46,323 nucleotides of DNA from positions 1 through 46,323 of the forward strand of contig JBBQPO010000015.1 of the NCBI GenBank assembly GCA_038217285.1, given 5' to 3'. The position numbers and the translations under genes are program-made. The DNA comes from Chthonomonadales bacterium. Lineage in GTDB: Bacteria > Armatimonadota > Chthonomonadetes > Chthonomonadales > Chthonomonadaceae. The notes under the pieces are model-generated. The model saw only the letters and a list, made by a program, of their open reading frames with translations, did no database searches and was not told the DNA's origin. How positions within the stretch are numbered: position 1 is the stretch's first letter; each line of letters starts with the position of its first letter. Positions 37,460 to 46,323 of this stretch are shown piece after piece.

Positions 37460-37975
37460 GATCACGTTCAGAAGAACTTCACCGTAGTCATAGGGTGAGC
37501 AGTCGGAAACCTCCTGATAGCGCTCCGCGCGTTCGTTGGTCGGGAAAGACTCCAGATAGTCGAGGAGCGGCAGAGCCGCTTGCAAGAGAGGGCGGTTCTT
37601 GGAACCTGAGCGGTACTGGTCACCTCCTTCCGCGGTACGGATGACCTCGTCGAGGTATCGGTTGACAATCTCCGGGCAGAGCAGGTCGGGCGTTAGCCGA
37701 TGCCAGAGTTCCTTGGCAGCCAGGAACGGAAAGTCGTCCCACAAGTCGTAGCGCTCTTTGCCCTGTGTCCAGTTCTCACGCAGAACGGAGCAGCGTCCTG
37801 CCTGCTTGGCCTGATCGGCAAAGCACTCTCTGTCGGTGTCGATGTCGAGTTCGTGGAGTTTGGCGAAAAGGGCCTCTGTTGTCCAATTCCCCAGGCCGTC
37901 ATACCGCCAGCCGAGCCCAATCTGTCTTTGACGCTGGATAGCCGCTATTGTGTGAGCATTCAAGAGAGGATCCAT
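37460..37975 (-). pseudogene. hypothetical protein truncated at its 3' end by the IS605-family insertion
   Basis: MDPLLNAHTIAAIQ...YDYGEVLLNVI runs directly into the IS right end at 37459. Confidence 0.55.
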
Positions 37976-38042
37976 CTCGACCTCCGGATCGCGCGATACG
38001 CATCGCCACCGTTTTGGGTAATAACATCGCCGACGTCTCGCC

Positions 38043-38573
38043 TCATTCTTCGGAGAGGTCCCTGGCCGGAGCGTCTTCGCCACCCGGATTCAGAACTTTA
38101 AACAGGAAGGCGTACGCCACTCGCCATCGCTCCCCGGAGTTGGTCAAAACTGTCGCGGTCTTCTGGTTGAGGTCGTGGACACGTCCGTACTTCTCCCGGT
38201 TCTGCCGGTCCCGGAAACCGACGTGATCGCCCACCTGCAGCAAGCTCCGATCCAGCGGTTGGCGTGCAGAGACCGGATGCAAATCCACAGCGACTCCCTC
38301 CAGGTTGACCGAACAGAATCGGATTGACCACTGCTTCTTATCTTCATGGTTCTCGACGACCAGGCGTGTTCGGTTTAACTCCAGAACACTGGCTTTGATC
38401 AGGCGATTGGCGGTATCGTCAAAGTAATGGATGATCATCCCGGGCCGCAACTGTGCTCTGACGTGCTCAACCCGTTCTGGATTGTCCAGTTGCTGCTCAA
38501 TAGCCACCCGAAGCCGATAGAGATCAAAGAGCGACGCCGATCGCAGTGCGTTCAGAATCTGGGTATAGTCCAT
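38043..38573 (-). CDS. hypothetical protein with SH3/KOW-like C-terminus
   Basis: RBS GAGGAGGGG; MDYTQILNALRSASLFDLYRL...LQVGDHVGFRDR...GERWRVAY. Confidence 0.7.
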   Translation of the reverse strand: MDYTQILNALRSASLFDLYRLRVAIEQQLDNPERVEHVRAQLRPGMIIHYFDDTANRLIKASVLELNRTRLVVENHEDKKQWSIRFCSVNLEGVAVDLHPVSARQPLDRSLLQVGDHVGFRDRQNREKYGRVHDLNQKTATVLTNSGERWRVAYAFLFKVLNPGGEDAPARDLSEE

Positions 38574-38723
38574 TCCCCTCCTCCCGGGCAGATAGAGTCT
38601 GTTGTATTTGCCGACAAACGATAACAAGTTCGCCATGTCCGCCGGAGATTCCTAGTTATCAGAACCACTTGTGGGCAGAGAAAGTACCTGGAAATTACCT
38701 GTTATCAGAAGCCGTGATGTAGG

Positions 38724-39440
38724 TCAGGGTTTCAGGCGCTCCCAGGGCCAAGAGGTGAGGGCGTTGATGCTGTAGGGTTTCAAGACGACGGTGGTTTCGC
38801 CAGGGGCGACTTCCGCGCCGCGCTGCAGGCCGTCCGGCAGGGTCGAGTCGTATCAGGTGTGGTAGAGGCGCGGGCGCTGCGATCCGGTGAGAGGGATGGT
38901 TTTGCTCTGTGCGCCGTCGTTGATGAGGACGATGGTGAACGCTCTGCCCGTGCCAACCAGCGTCGCGGCGTGGAGGCGCTGCGTACCGTCGGCGTCTTTG
39001 CCGCCCTGAACCTCGGTCGCGGCGACCTGCATTCCCGACTTGATGGCTTTGGTCAGCACGGCGTAGCCGTAGTAGACGGAGGGGTTGGGCTGTAGTTTGC
39101 CGTTCACCGATACGAAGGGGTTGAAGCCGTCGTCCTTGCCGGTATCGGCGTGGTTGTAGGCCCAGCGAGCGAAGCCGCGCACACCCGCGTTCAGGCCGCC
39201 GACCACCAGCTCCGCGCCGCCGAGCGTACCGCGATAACGGGCCTCGCCATCGGTCCGATTGGCCCCGAACTCGCCGATGAAGACCGGCTTTCCGCCCAGT
39301 CCTGCGACCGCGCCTTCGTACCCGCGCAGGAACGGCTGCATCACGCCGCCGCTCGATTCGCGGCCGGGCGCTTCGACGGCGGAGAAGTAGTCGTGCGCGG
39401 AGAAGGCATCGGCGGTGACACGCGCGTCCAGGGCCGGAAA
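38724..39440 (-). pseudogene. glycoside hydrolase (GH-A clan, GH30/GH5-like) C-terminal fragment with internal stop
   Basis: DAFSAHDY, KPVFIGEFG, YYGYAVLTK, IVLIND; TGA at 38853-38855 reads through in frame to VLKPYSINALTSW and TGA 38724. No N-terminus. Confidence 0.7.
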
Positions 39441-39856
39441 GGCGTGGCTACGTGCAAAGGGGTCAAACCCGCCTGCTGTGGAGCCTCCATCTTCGCACCA
39501 TGTTCCAACAGGAGGCGCGTGATTTCGATGTGCGCCGCGTCGTTGCCATCGCACACTGCCGCATGCAGGGGCGTCCAGCCATCTCCCTGTGCCAAGTTGA
39601 CATCCGCGCCGTTCTCCACCAGAATCTTTACCACGGCCGACTGTCCGCGAATGGCCGCTCTCAGCAAGGGGGTCGCCCCTCCTGGGGTTCTGGCGTTGAC
39701 GCGCTTGCTATCCTCCTTGAGCAGCCGCTGAACCGTCTCCACATCACCGCTGTTGGCCGCGTCATGAATGGGGTCCGCTCCCGCCTGCACCGGGAGCAGA
39801 AGCCAGACCGCGATCCCTACCAGAAAACGGGTTCCCAGGCGCTGAAATCGCATCAT
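39441..39856 (-). pseudogene. secreted ankyrin-repeat protein, 3'-truncated
   Basis: Signal peptide, IHDAANSGD, GATPLLRAA, GWTPLHAAV, GLTPLHVA, then abrupt junction into the GH fragment. Confidence 0.75.
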
Positions 39857-39990
39857 CGTTTACGTCTCCTGGATGGATTTAACGTCCGCATCTTCTCCAT
39901 CGCCTGCAGCCTATCGTTAGGACGCAAGTTCTTGTGGCTGGCAACTAATCGCCTCCCTTTGTACACTATCTCATTGAGGGGCCCTCAAAC

Positions 39991-40572
39991 ATGACACTTG
40001 ACGAGAAAAATCTGGCGCGGCGATTTCGGGACGGCGAAGCAGGAAGCTTCGATACATTGTACCGTGAATACGGAACACGAATCTTTCGCTTCTGTCTACG
40101 CCTCTGCGGCAATGACGCCTGTGCCGAAGACCTGACGCAGGAGGTGTTCCTGGCAGCCTATGTCGGAGCGAAGCGTTTTGAAGGACGCTCCTCACTGGCG
40201 ACCTGGCTGTATCGGATCGCGCTCTACCAGTGGCGCAACATGCAAAAAGCGTGCCGACTGGAAACCGTCCCTTTGGACGACACTGTGGCGGTGCTCTCTT
40301 CCGACCCGGCGCAGGCCGGTCTGGAGCGCATCACGCTCGAAAACGCTCTGGCGGCTTTGCCGGAACCGTTGCGGGAAGCCTTCCTGCTGGTCAAGTCAGA
40401 AGGTTTTCTGTGTCGGGAGGCGGCTGAGATCCTCGGTATTCCCGAGGGAACGCTGAAAGCCCGCCTCTACACGGCGGTTCTCAAGCTCCAGAGCCTGCTC
40501 GAAGCCCCGGAGAGCGCCACAGCGCACCAACAGCCGGGTCGTGCGACCCGACCCAAGGAGATATTGCAATGA
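39991..40572 (+). CDS. ECF RNA polymerase sigma factor
   Basis: AEDLTQEVFL, FEGRSSLATWLYRIA, LPEPLREAFLL...EAAEILGIPEGTLKARL. Confidence 0.93.
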   Translation: MTLDEKNLARRFRDGEAGSFDTLYREYGTRIFRFCLRLCGNDACAEDLTQEVFLAAYVGAKRFEGRSSLATWLYRIALYQWRNMQKACRLETVPLDDTVAVLSSDPAQAGLERITLENALAALPEPLREAFLLVKSEGFLCREAAEILGIPEGTLKARLYTAVLKLQSLLEAPESATAHQQPGRATRPKEILQ

Positions 40573-41972
40573 AGCGAGAGAGATGTTGTGATCAGATCCG
40601 GCGTCAGTTGAGCGTCCGGGTTCCGCAGACCCAGCCAGTGGAAGAGGCGACTCGACTGCATCTGGAAACCTGCGCAGGCTGTTCCGCTTTTCTGAACCGT
40701 CTGGAACGACTGGAGGCGCAGGTCATCGCCTGGCCCAACCACACTCCCTCTGCTTCCTTGGCAGCGCGTATCTCCGTTGCGCTGGTTGCCGAAAGCGCTT
40801 CCTGTCCTGCAAAGCGTGCCGGGGGAATTTCTCGTCTGCAAACGAGCCTGAAGGGGCTCAAGGAGCATCGAACGATGATAAAACGAGTATCATGGGCAGG
40901 AGCCGCATTGGTGGGCGTTCTCATTCTAACCGCCGGACACCAGAGGGGCCACGCCACTTCCGTATTGAAACGGATGGGGGATGCCAGTCAGCGGATCAAG
41001 ACGGTACACTTGATCGGGTGGAACTGCGAGTTGAGCCCGGATGTCGCCGAGGAAGTCGCCAACGGCAATACCGGGATCAGCATCACCAGAGTACTTCCCC
41101 ATCGGTTTGAAGCCTGGATCAAGAACGGACAGTGGCGCGAGGCACAGGATCAAGATGTCACCGTATACACCTCCGGCAAGACCTGGCAGAACGGTGTGCC
41201 TGTTCCGGACGCGACGCAGCCACCGCTTCTCACCTCCTTCGCACTGCGTGCCATTACAGGCGAGAACTCCTTCGGGCCTGGCGTGGAGTTCACCAGCCAG
41301 ATTCTCGGCGAAGAGGTCTTGAACGGACAGACGACGACGAAACTGGTGCTGGAAAGCAAGAAAAAGCCGGGGGTGGACGGAGTCGATCCCGTTCAGGAGC
41401 GCAGACTCTTCTGGCTGGATCCCAACTCGTACCTGCCGATCCGGATGGAGCAGATGCGCTACAATCTGGACCGATGGGGACTGGATGCAGTGGTGTGGTT
41501 CGACTATAACCAGCCGGTCTCCAACACACTGTTCGATGCGGCAAAGGTGCGGATGGAGCCACATGGCCGCGTGGACTATCTCCACTCCCCGGCACAGAGC
41601 CTCTATCGCTTCACGAACGACCAGTACAATCAGTACACGAGCATTCTGAGCGATAACACCCGCGAGCAAAGGCAGATCAACGCGGACACGAGCCTGACGC
41701 AAGTGCAGAAGAACGATCTGCTGAAGAAAACGGCTGCAGACTGCAACCTTCGCTTACGCAATATGATGACGCCAGATCAGCAAAGACTCTTCGCGGACTG
41801 GTGGTATGTCCAGCCGAAAATCATGGAGAAACTCTGGACGCCGCAGCAGCGCAAAGAAGATGCCAAGTGGCATGCCGAGCAGATGGTTCTGATGAAGGCG
41901 TGGTTCGCATCACAGGACGAACAGACTCAGAATCGTCTGCGTGGATCGATCTTCGGCAACCCCACCCCCTGA
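40569..41972 (+). CDS. anti-sigma factor: zf-HC2 + TM + LolA/LppX-like periplasmic domain
   Basis: HLETCAGC ZAS motif, TM helix, RLFWLDPNSYLPIRME...FDYNQPVSNTLF; ATGA overlap with the sigma gene. Confidence 0.75.
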   Translation: MKRERCCDQIRRQLSVRVPQTQPVEEATRLHLETCAGCSAFLNRLERLEAQVIAWPNHTPSASLAARISVALVAESASCPAKRAGGISRLQTSLKGLKEHRTMIKRVSWAGAALVGVLILTAGHQRGHATSVLKRMGDASQRIKTVHLIGWNCELSPDVAEEVANGNTGISITRVLPHRFEAWIKNGQWREAQDQDVTVYTSGKTWQNGVPVPDATQPPLLTSFALRAITGENSFGPGVEFTSQILGEEVLNGQTTTKLVLESKKKPGVDGVDPVQERRLFWLDPNSYLPIRMEQMRYNLDRWGLDAVVWFDYNQPVSNTLFDAAKVRMEPHGRVDYLHSPAQSLYRFTNDQYNQYTSILSDNTREQRQINADTSLTQVQKNDLLKKTAADCNLRLRNMMTPDQQRLFADWWYVQPKIMEKLWTPQQRKEDAKWHAEQMVLMKAWFASQDEQTQNRLRGSIFGNPTP

Positions 41973-42017
41973 CAGCCTAGGTGCGCAAATGAACCAGCGA
42001 GAAGCTGAGATCATTTC

Positions 42018-42050
42018 CAACGACCCCGAAAACTTTTTTCGGGGTCGTTG
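42018..42050. terminator. perfect 15-bp hairpin after anti-sigma gene
   Basis: CAACGACCCCGAAAA-ctt-TTTTCGGGGTCGTTG. Confidence 0.55.
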
Positions 42051-42134
42051 ACCCTGACTTACCAACCCGGTTTTGATGGCTATGTGTTGCTGCGTGGTAT
42101 AATGACGATGGTTTATGCGAGAACAGCGAGATAG

Positions 42135-42374
42135 ATGAATGCCATGAAGCAAGCGATGACCGTCGTGGTCGGGATGCGGGTGCGGCTGCGGAAAAAGCAC
42201 CCCTGCGGCAGCGACGAGTGGACGGTAACGCGCACTGGAGCCGACATCGGTATGGTGTGCGAAGGTTGTGGGCGTCGGGTGATGCTGGAGCGCGAAGATT
42301 TTGAGCGTCGCGTCCGGCAAGTTGTCACCACCCCGCCTGCGGCCGATACCTCCGCCGGAGAACAACAAAAATGA
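42135..42374 (+). CDS. DUF951 domain protein
   Basis: VRLRKKHPCGSDEWTVTRTGADIGMVCEGCGRRVMLER. Confidence 0.92.
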   Translation: MNAMKQAMTVVVGMRVRLRKKHPCGSDEWTVTRTGADIGMVCEGCGRRVMLEREDFERRVRQVVTTPPAADTSAGEQQK

Positions 42375-43813
42375 GTTTGAGATTTCCGCACCTTCCCGGG
42401 GCGCGACGATGGGCGCAGGGCGGAGTAGTGGTGCTGGGAGTCGCGGGACTGTGCGGCTTTCTAATGCCGCTGCGCACGCCGATCCGGCCCCGGCCCTCCT
42501 CCAAAAATAGCTTCGTCCTGACGGTGGCCAAATACCAGGCGCAGCCTGCCGAACCTCTTCCGATGGTGATCGAAGCCGATGCCATGCGGCGCGCCCCGGA
42601 AGATCCGAACGCCTTGCGCGCCATTCAGGAGGCAATCCTCCATATCGTCCCCAATCCACCAGATCCGGCCTCTGTGGAGGCCGTACCTGCGGAGCCGGCC
42701 TGGATGCTCTGGGGACGACTGAGAACGACGCCCGCGTCGGTCTCCATGCTGCCGGACGCCGGGGTGCGGGCCTATGCGGTACACTCGGCGCAGGGGATGA
42801 CCCTCTGTCTGGTCAACGCGTCTTCAGAAAAAAAACAGATTCGCCTGCAGATTCGCCTTCCTCGCGGCGTCTATAAACTGGAGCGACTGATATTCTCGCC
42901 ACCGAACCTCATGGTCCAGGCGAGCCGCCCTCTCCGCGCGACGCCGACAGAGAGCCGACTGCGCACCGTCTCGCACGACGGCCAGGCGACCGCGGTCATG
43001 CCGACGGTCGTCCCCGTGACGCAGTTGGAGCGGATGCAGGGGCGGACGCTGAATGCGGCTGGCACGATCCGCAAGCCTTGTCTCCTGCTGCCCGGTCAGG
43101 TCTGTCTCTACCGCTATACCGATGTGGCGCAGGCGGCTCGCGCCGCTCTGAACGAAACCTACGACGGCCTGCATACCATGGCGCTCCGATCGCCCGGTCC
43201 CGCGCAGAGACTGCGCCATATTCTGGAAGAGGGCAATGGGAAACGTGGCAGCCTTTCCGCCGGTAGTGGGCAGAGCAGCAGTGCGCGCCTCTCCGGTATT
43301 CATCGCCTGCTGCTGCTGACGGCGCAGGTGCAGTCGATGCAGCGCAACTATCAGCATCGGCATGTGGTCGGGGCGGAGGAAGGCGCGGCGGTCATGGGCG
43401 CTCTGGAACGCCTGACCGATGCGCTGGCCGAGACGAGCGCAGCCCTTCTGGAGCTCGTGCCGCAGATCGTGGTCAATGCGGAGAGTGAGCCTGGCGCGGC
43501 GGCTATGCCCGACGCTGCTGAGACAACACCGCCCTCGCGGCGTCTCACCGTGACGATGTCGCTGGCGAATCTGGGTCGCCAGAGTGTGGGCATGGTCAAA
43601 CTTGGGCTGGACACCGCCGCGCTGCCGCATGGCGTGGTCTGTGCGCCGGATGACCCGGCTTATTTCGGTTCCGTGCATCCGGGGCAGTCCGTGCGCGCCA
43701 CCTTCCATCTGCGCTGTCCTGCGGGCACACCGCTCCCGACCGACCGCTGCGGCGGCGATGTCTCCTATTTTGTTTCCGGGACACCAGCCCACCTGCGTAT
43801 TCGCGCCTGGTGA
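42371..43813 (+). CDS. hypothetical membrane-anchored protein
   Basis: 480-aa ORF overlapping the DUF951 stop (ATGA); N-terminal TM; C-terminal Ig/NEW3-like segment (LTVTMSLANLG...GSVHPGQSVRATF). Confidence 0.65.
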   Translation: MSLRFPHLPGARRWAQGGVVVLGVAGLCGFLMPLRTPIRPRPSSKNSFVLTVAKYQAQPAEPLPMVIEADAMRRAPEDPNALRAIQEAILHIVPNPPDPASVEAVPAEPAWMLWGRLRTTPASVSMLPDAGVRAYAVHSAQGMTLCLVNASSEKKQIRLQIRLPRGVYKLERLIFSPPNLMVQASRPLRATPTESRLRTVSHDGQATAVMPTVVPVTQLERMQGRTLNAAGTIRKPCLLLPGQVCLYRYTDVAQAARAALNETYDGLHTMALRSPGPAQRLRHILEEGNGKRGSLSAGSGQSSSARLSGIHRLLLLTAQVQSMQRNYQHRHVVGAEEGAAVMGALERLTDALAETSAALLELVPQIVVNAESEPGAAAMPDAAETTPPSRRLTVTMSLANLGRQSVGMVKLGLDTAALPHGVVCAPDDPAYFGSVHPGQSVRATFHLRCPAGTPLPTDRCGGDVSYFVSGTPAHLRIRAW

Positions 43814-43895
43814 ACATTGCGCCGTGAGAGTGCGGGCTCCGCTCGCTCCGACCCACTCTCCTCTTCATTCCGATACCGATAAGGGTGACCCAACT

Positions 43896-45575
43896 ATGCG
43901 TACTCGTCTGTCTGCTTTCGTCTGCTGCCTCCTGCTCGCCGCCTGCTGCCTGCTCACGGCCGCCGCGCCACTGCGCGCCGACATCAAATTGAAGCTCGAT
44001 TCTAAAGCCGGTGACAGCATCAGCGACGTCGCCAAGATCGTCGCGCATGCCGACAGCACGGACAATATCGACAAAGTCGAGTTCTACGTGGACGACCAAC
44101 TGCGCTTTACCGCGCCCAGCGTTCCCTATATCTTCACCTGGGACACCATCCTCGACAAAGAGGGCATGCATACGCTGGCGGTCACCGCCTTCGACGCCAA
44201 CGGACAGACCAAAAAACTCAGCATCACCCTGAACATAGAGAATGAGCTCGCGCTTGGCGGGGACGCGCTCGCGCAGAAGGCGGGCGAGGCCCTCAAAGCC
44301 AACGATCTGCCGACCGCCATGAAGTACTGCCGCCGCGCCCTGAAAGCCGACCCCAGTAATGCCGAAAGCTCCCGTGTTCTGGCCGGCATCTATGCGAGCG
44401 AAAGCGACTGGAACAAGGCGGTGACCACGCTGGAAAAATCCAAAAATGTCACGACCGACTCCACCACGATGCTCGAACTCGCGACCTACAAAATGCGGCG
44501 TGCCTTGCAGCCAGAGAATGCGCTCACATTCTTCACGGAGCTCGAGGCGATTCAGAGCCTGCGCCAGCAAGCCGCCGATCTGCATACAGCCGAGGTCACC
44601 AGGCAGAACCCCGACAGTACAGCCGCCACGTACGAAACCATTGGAGACGCTCTGCTGGCCGCAGGACACGTCCATGAGGCGGTGCTGGAGTATCGCAAAT
44701 CTGCCGACAAAGAGCATGCACCCGCTACCAGCGTCAACCGCTACGCGCTGGCGAAACTCTACGAAGGCACCCCGGAAGAGGCTCTGGAGATCCTGCACAT
44801 CGCCGAGGTCAACGGCATGAAGGCGGACGCCGCTACCCGCGCCGTACAGGGTCTGGCGCTGGCGAGGGCCACGAAGTATGACGAGGCCCGGACGTCGGTC
44901 GCGGGCGATGTGGCCGCGAACTACCCTGCCGCCCTCTATGTCGCCACCTATGCCGATACCTCCACGGGCAAATACGCGCAGGCCCGCGCCGAAGCGCAGG
45001 CTGCAGCGAAACTCCTGCCTCGTGCTGCGGAGACCTTCTACGCGAACTCTATGACGCTGCAGAAAATCAACGAGCAGGAGGATGCCCTGAATGCCACTCT
45101 GGCCCTGGCCCCCTTTCAGGTCGCGCCGTATCTCGACTTCGCCGCCCGCGTCGCCGTGGAGAAGCAGCCGGATCGCTACGATCGCGCCATGAAGTTCGTC
45201 GACTTCGTCCTGAAGCGTGACCCCGCGAATGGCAATGCGCGCCTTCAGAAGGCGCTTCTGTATCTCCAGACGAACCGTCTGAAAGAGGGGGGAGCCGTCC
45301 TCGATGGACTGGCGAAGGGCACCCGACAGTCGCCCGAAGTGCTGGCGGCCCTCGGTATCTACTGGCAAATGTCCAACAAGCCGGGCGTCTCCCAACGGTA
45401 CACCGAAGCCGCCCGCCAGATGGATAAAGCTCGATTCGACCGGCCTTTCTCGCCGACTCCGATGGAACTGATGTACGATCTGAACCGCAAATACCGCTAC
45501 CACATCGGCTTCTTCCTGACCCCGATGGCTCTCTACCCGCCCCAGAAGGCCGCGCTGCCTGCGCCGGCCCCTTAA
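43896..45575 (+). CDS. secreted Ig-like (Big_7-type) + TPR repeat protein
   Basis: Signal peptide; IDKVEFYVDD...PYIFTWDT...GMHTLAVTAFDANG; TPR-like helices follow. Confidence 0.85.
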   Translation: MRTRLSAFVCCLLLAACCLLTAAAPLRADIKLKLDSKAGDSISDVAKIVAHADSTDNIDKVEFYVDDQLRFTAPSVPYIFTWDTILDKEGMHTLAVTAFDANGQTKKLSITLNIENELALGGDALAQKAGEALKANDLPTAMKYCRRALKADPSNAESSRVLAGIYASESDWNKAVTTLEKSKNVTTDSTTMLELATYKMRRALQPENALTFFTELEAIQSLRQQAADLHTAEVTRQNPDSTAATYETIGDALLAAGHVHEAVLEYRKSADKEHAPATSVNRYALAKLYEGTPEEALEILHIAEVNGMKADAATRAVQGLALARATKYDEARTSVAGDVAANYPAALYVATYADTSTGKYAQARAEAQAAAKLLPRAAETFYANSMTLQKINEQEDALNATLALAPFQVAPYLDFAARVAVEKQPDRYDRAMKFVDFVLKRDPANGNARLQKALLYLQTNRLKEGGAVLDGLAKGTRQSPEVLAALGIYWQMSNKPGVSQRYTEAARQMDKARFDRPFSPTPMELMYDLNRKYRYHIGFFLTPMALYPPQKAALPAPAP

Positions 45576-45596
45576 TCTCACTTGCGTAAGAGCTAA

Positions 45597-45637
45597 CAGA
45601 TCGGCCTCCCTCTCAACATGAGAGGGAGGCCGATCTG
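45597..45637. terminator. 19-bp perfect hairpin between convergent genes
   Basis: CAGATCGGCCTCCCTCTCA-aca-TGAGAGGGAGGCCGATCTG. Confidence 0.7.
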
Positions 45638-45658
45638 CGTTTAACGCACAGAACGAAC

Positions 45659-46323
45659 CTATTTGACCTCTTCGACCTCGCCGATCTCTTTGAGGGGGGC
45701 ACGGAGTTTGTCGGCGTCGCCGACGATGATGATCGCCGCGCGGTCGGCGAGGAAGTACTTCTGCGCCACACGCTGCACATCAGCCACCGTGACCGCATCG
45801 ATATGAGCGCGGAAGGAGGTGAGATAGTCGGTTGGCAGACCGTAGAGTTCGCGGCTGAGAAGGCTCGCCGCCAGACCACTCTGCGTGACGAGTCCCAGCA
45901 CGAAGTTGCCCTTGAGGTAGGATTTGGCCTCCTGCAGCTCGATGTCTGTGACAGGCGTCGTACGTATCTGGTCGGTGAGACGCAGCATCTCTTTGAGGGC
46001 AGGAGCGGTGACGTCGGTACGTGTCTGAGCGCTGGCGGTAAAGTCGCCCGCCAGCCCGCTACGATCAAGGGCGCTGCTGACATCGTAGGCGTAGCCCAGG
46101 CGCTCACGCACATTGGCGAAGAGACGAGAGCTGAAGCCGCCGCCCAGGATGATATCGGCGAGGGTGAGGGGATAGAAGTCGGGGTCGCCCCGCTTGATCG
46201 CCAGATTGCCCAGGACGATGTTGGACTGGACGGAGCCGGGACGATTGATAAGATAGATGCGTCGCGCCGTGACGGCAGGCAGGGCGGGATAGGCCGCCGC
46301 AGCGACTCCCCCGGCTGGCGCAG
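45659..46323 (-). CDS. M16 family (pitrilysin-like) peptidase, C-terminal part (runs off window)
   Basis: INRPGSVQSNIVLG...ILGGGFSSRLFANVRERLGYAY...IDAVTVADVQRVAQKY. Confidence 0.9.
   Translation of the reverse strand, partial: APAGGVAAAAYPALPAVTARRIYLINRPGSVQSNIVLGNLAIKRGDPDFYPLTLADIILGGGFSSRLFANVRERLGYAYDVSSALDRSGLAGDFTASAQTRTDVTAPALKEMLRLTDQIRTTPVTDIELQEAKSYLKGNFVLGLVTQSGLAASLLSRELYGLPTDYLTSFRAHIDAVTVADVQRVAQKYFLADRAAIIIVGDADKLRAPLKEIGEVEEVK

Noticed and set aside
38619-38712. GATAAC...GTTATC and duplicated GTTATCAGAA as an integron attC or recombination site
   Set aside because: Poor match to RYYYAAC/GTTRRRY, no internal L boxes discernible, and no integron integrase nearby.
38853-38855. 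In-frame TGA as selenocysteine recoding
   Set aside because: The gene lacks its N-terminus, the position is not a redox Cys context, and a nonsense mutation in a pseudogene is simpler.

Overview
GC-rich bacterial chromosomal window, most likely Armatimonadota; this is inferred from two DUF1559 prepilin-like genes with the '[29 protein letters not shown]' N-terminus plus a PEP-CTERM protein. Housekeeping and metabolic genes include minD/minE, rpmE, tRNA-Val(GAC), DUF1385, M3/M16 peptidases, an SDR, a GH63-like glucosidase, an AKR and a Gfo/Idh/MocA oxidoreductase. They are interleaved with small accessory or decaying patches: an ABC-ATPase + TOPRIM-like pair with a frameshift, an integrase remnant at the tRNA, an IS701 stub, a TnpB remnant carrying a MITE, and an ankyrin/GH chimera. 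The most striking signal is that both DUF1559 pilin-like genes sit behind nutrient-type cis-regulators. One lies directly under a complete TPP riboswitch with its own promoter and terminator. The other lies under a six-unit, ~11-bp-period YTTAAYYW array resembling a Pho box and is followed by an unannotated small lipoprotein and a tiny CxxCH protein. This suggests (inference) that these pilin-like proteins act as nutrient-specific scavenging subunits. All calls are from motif recognition by eye; no database searches were run.
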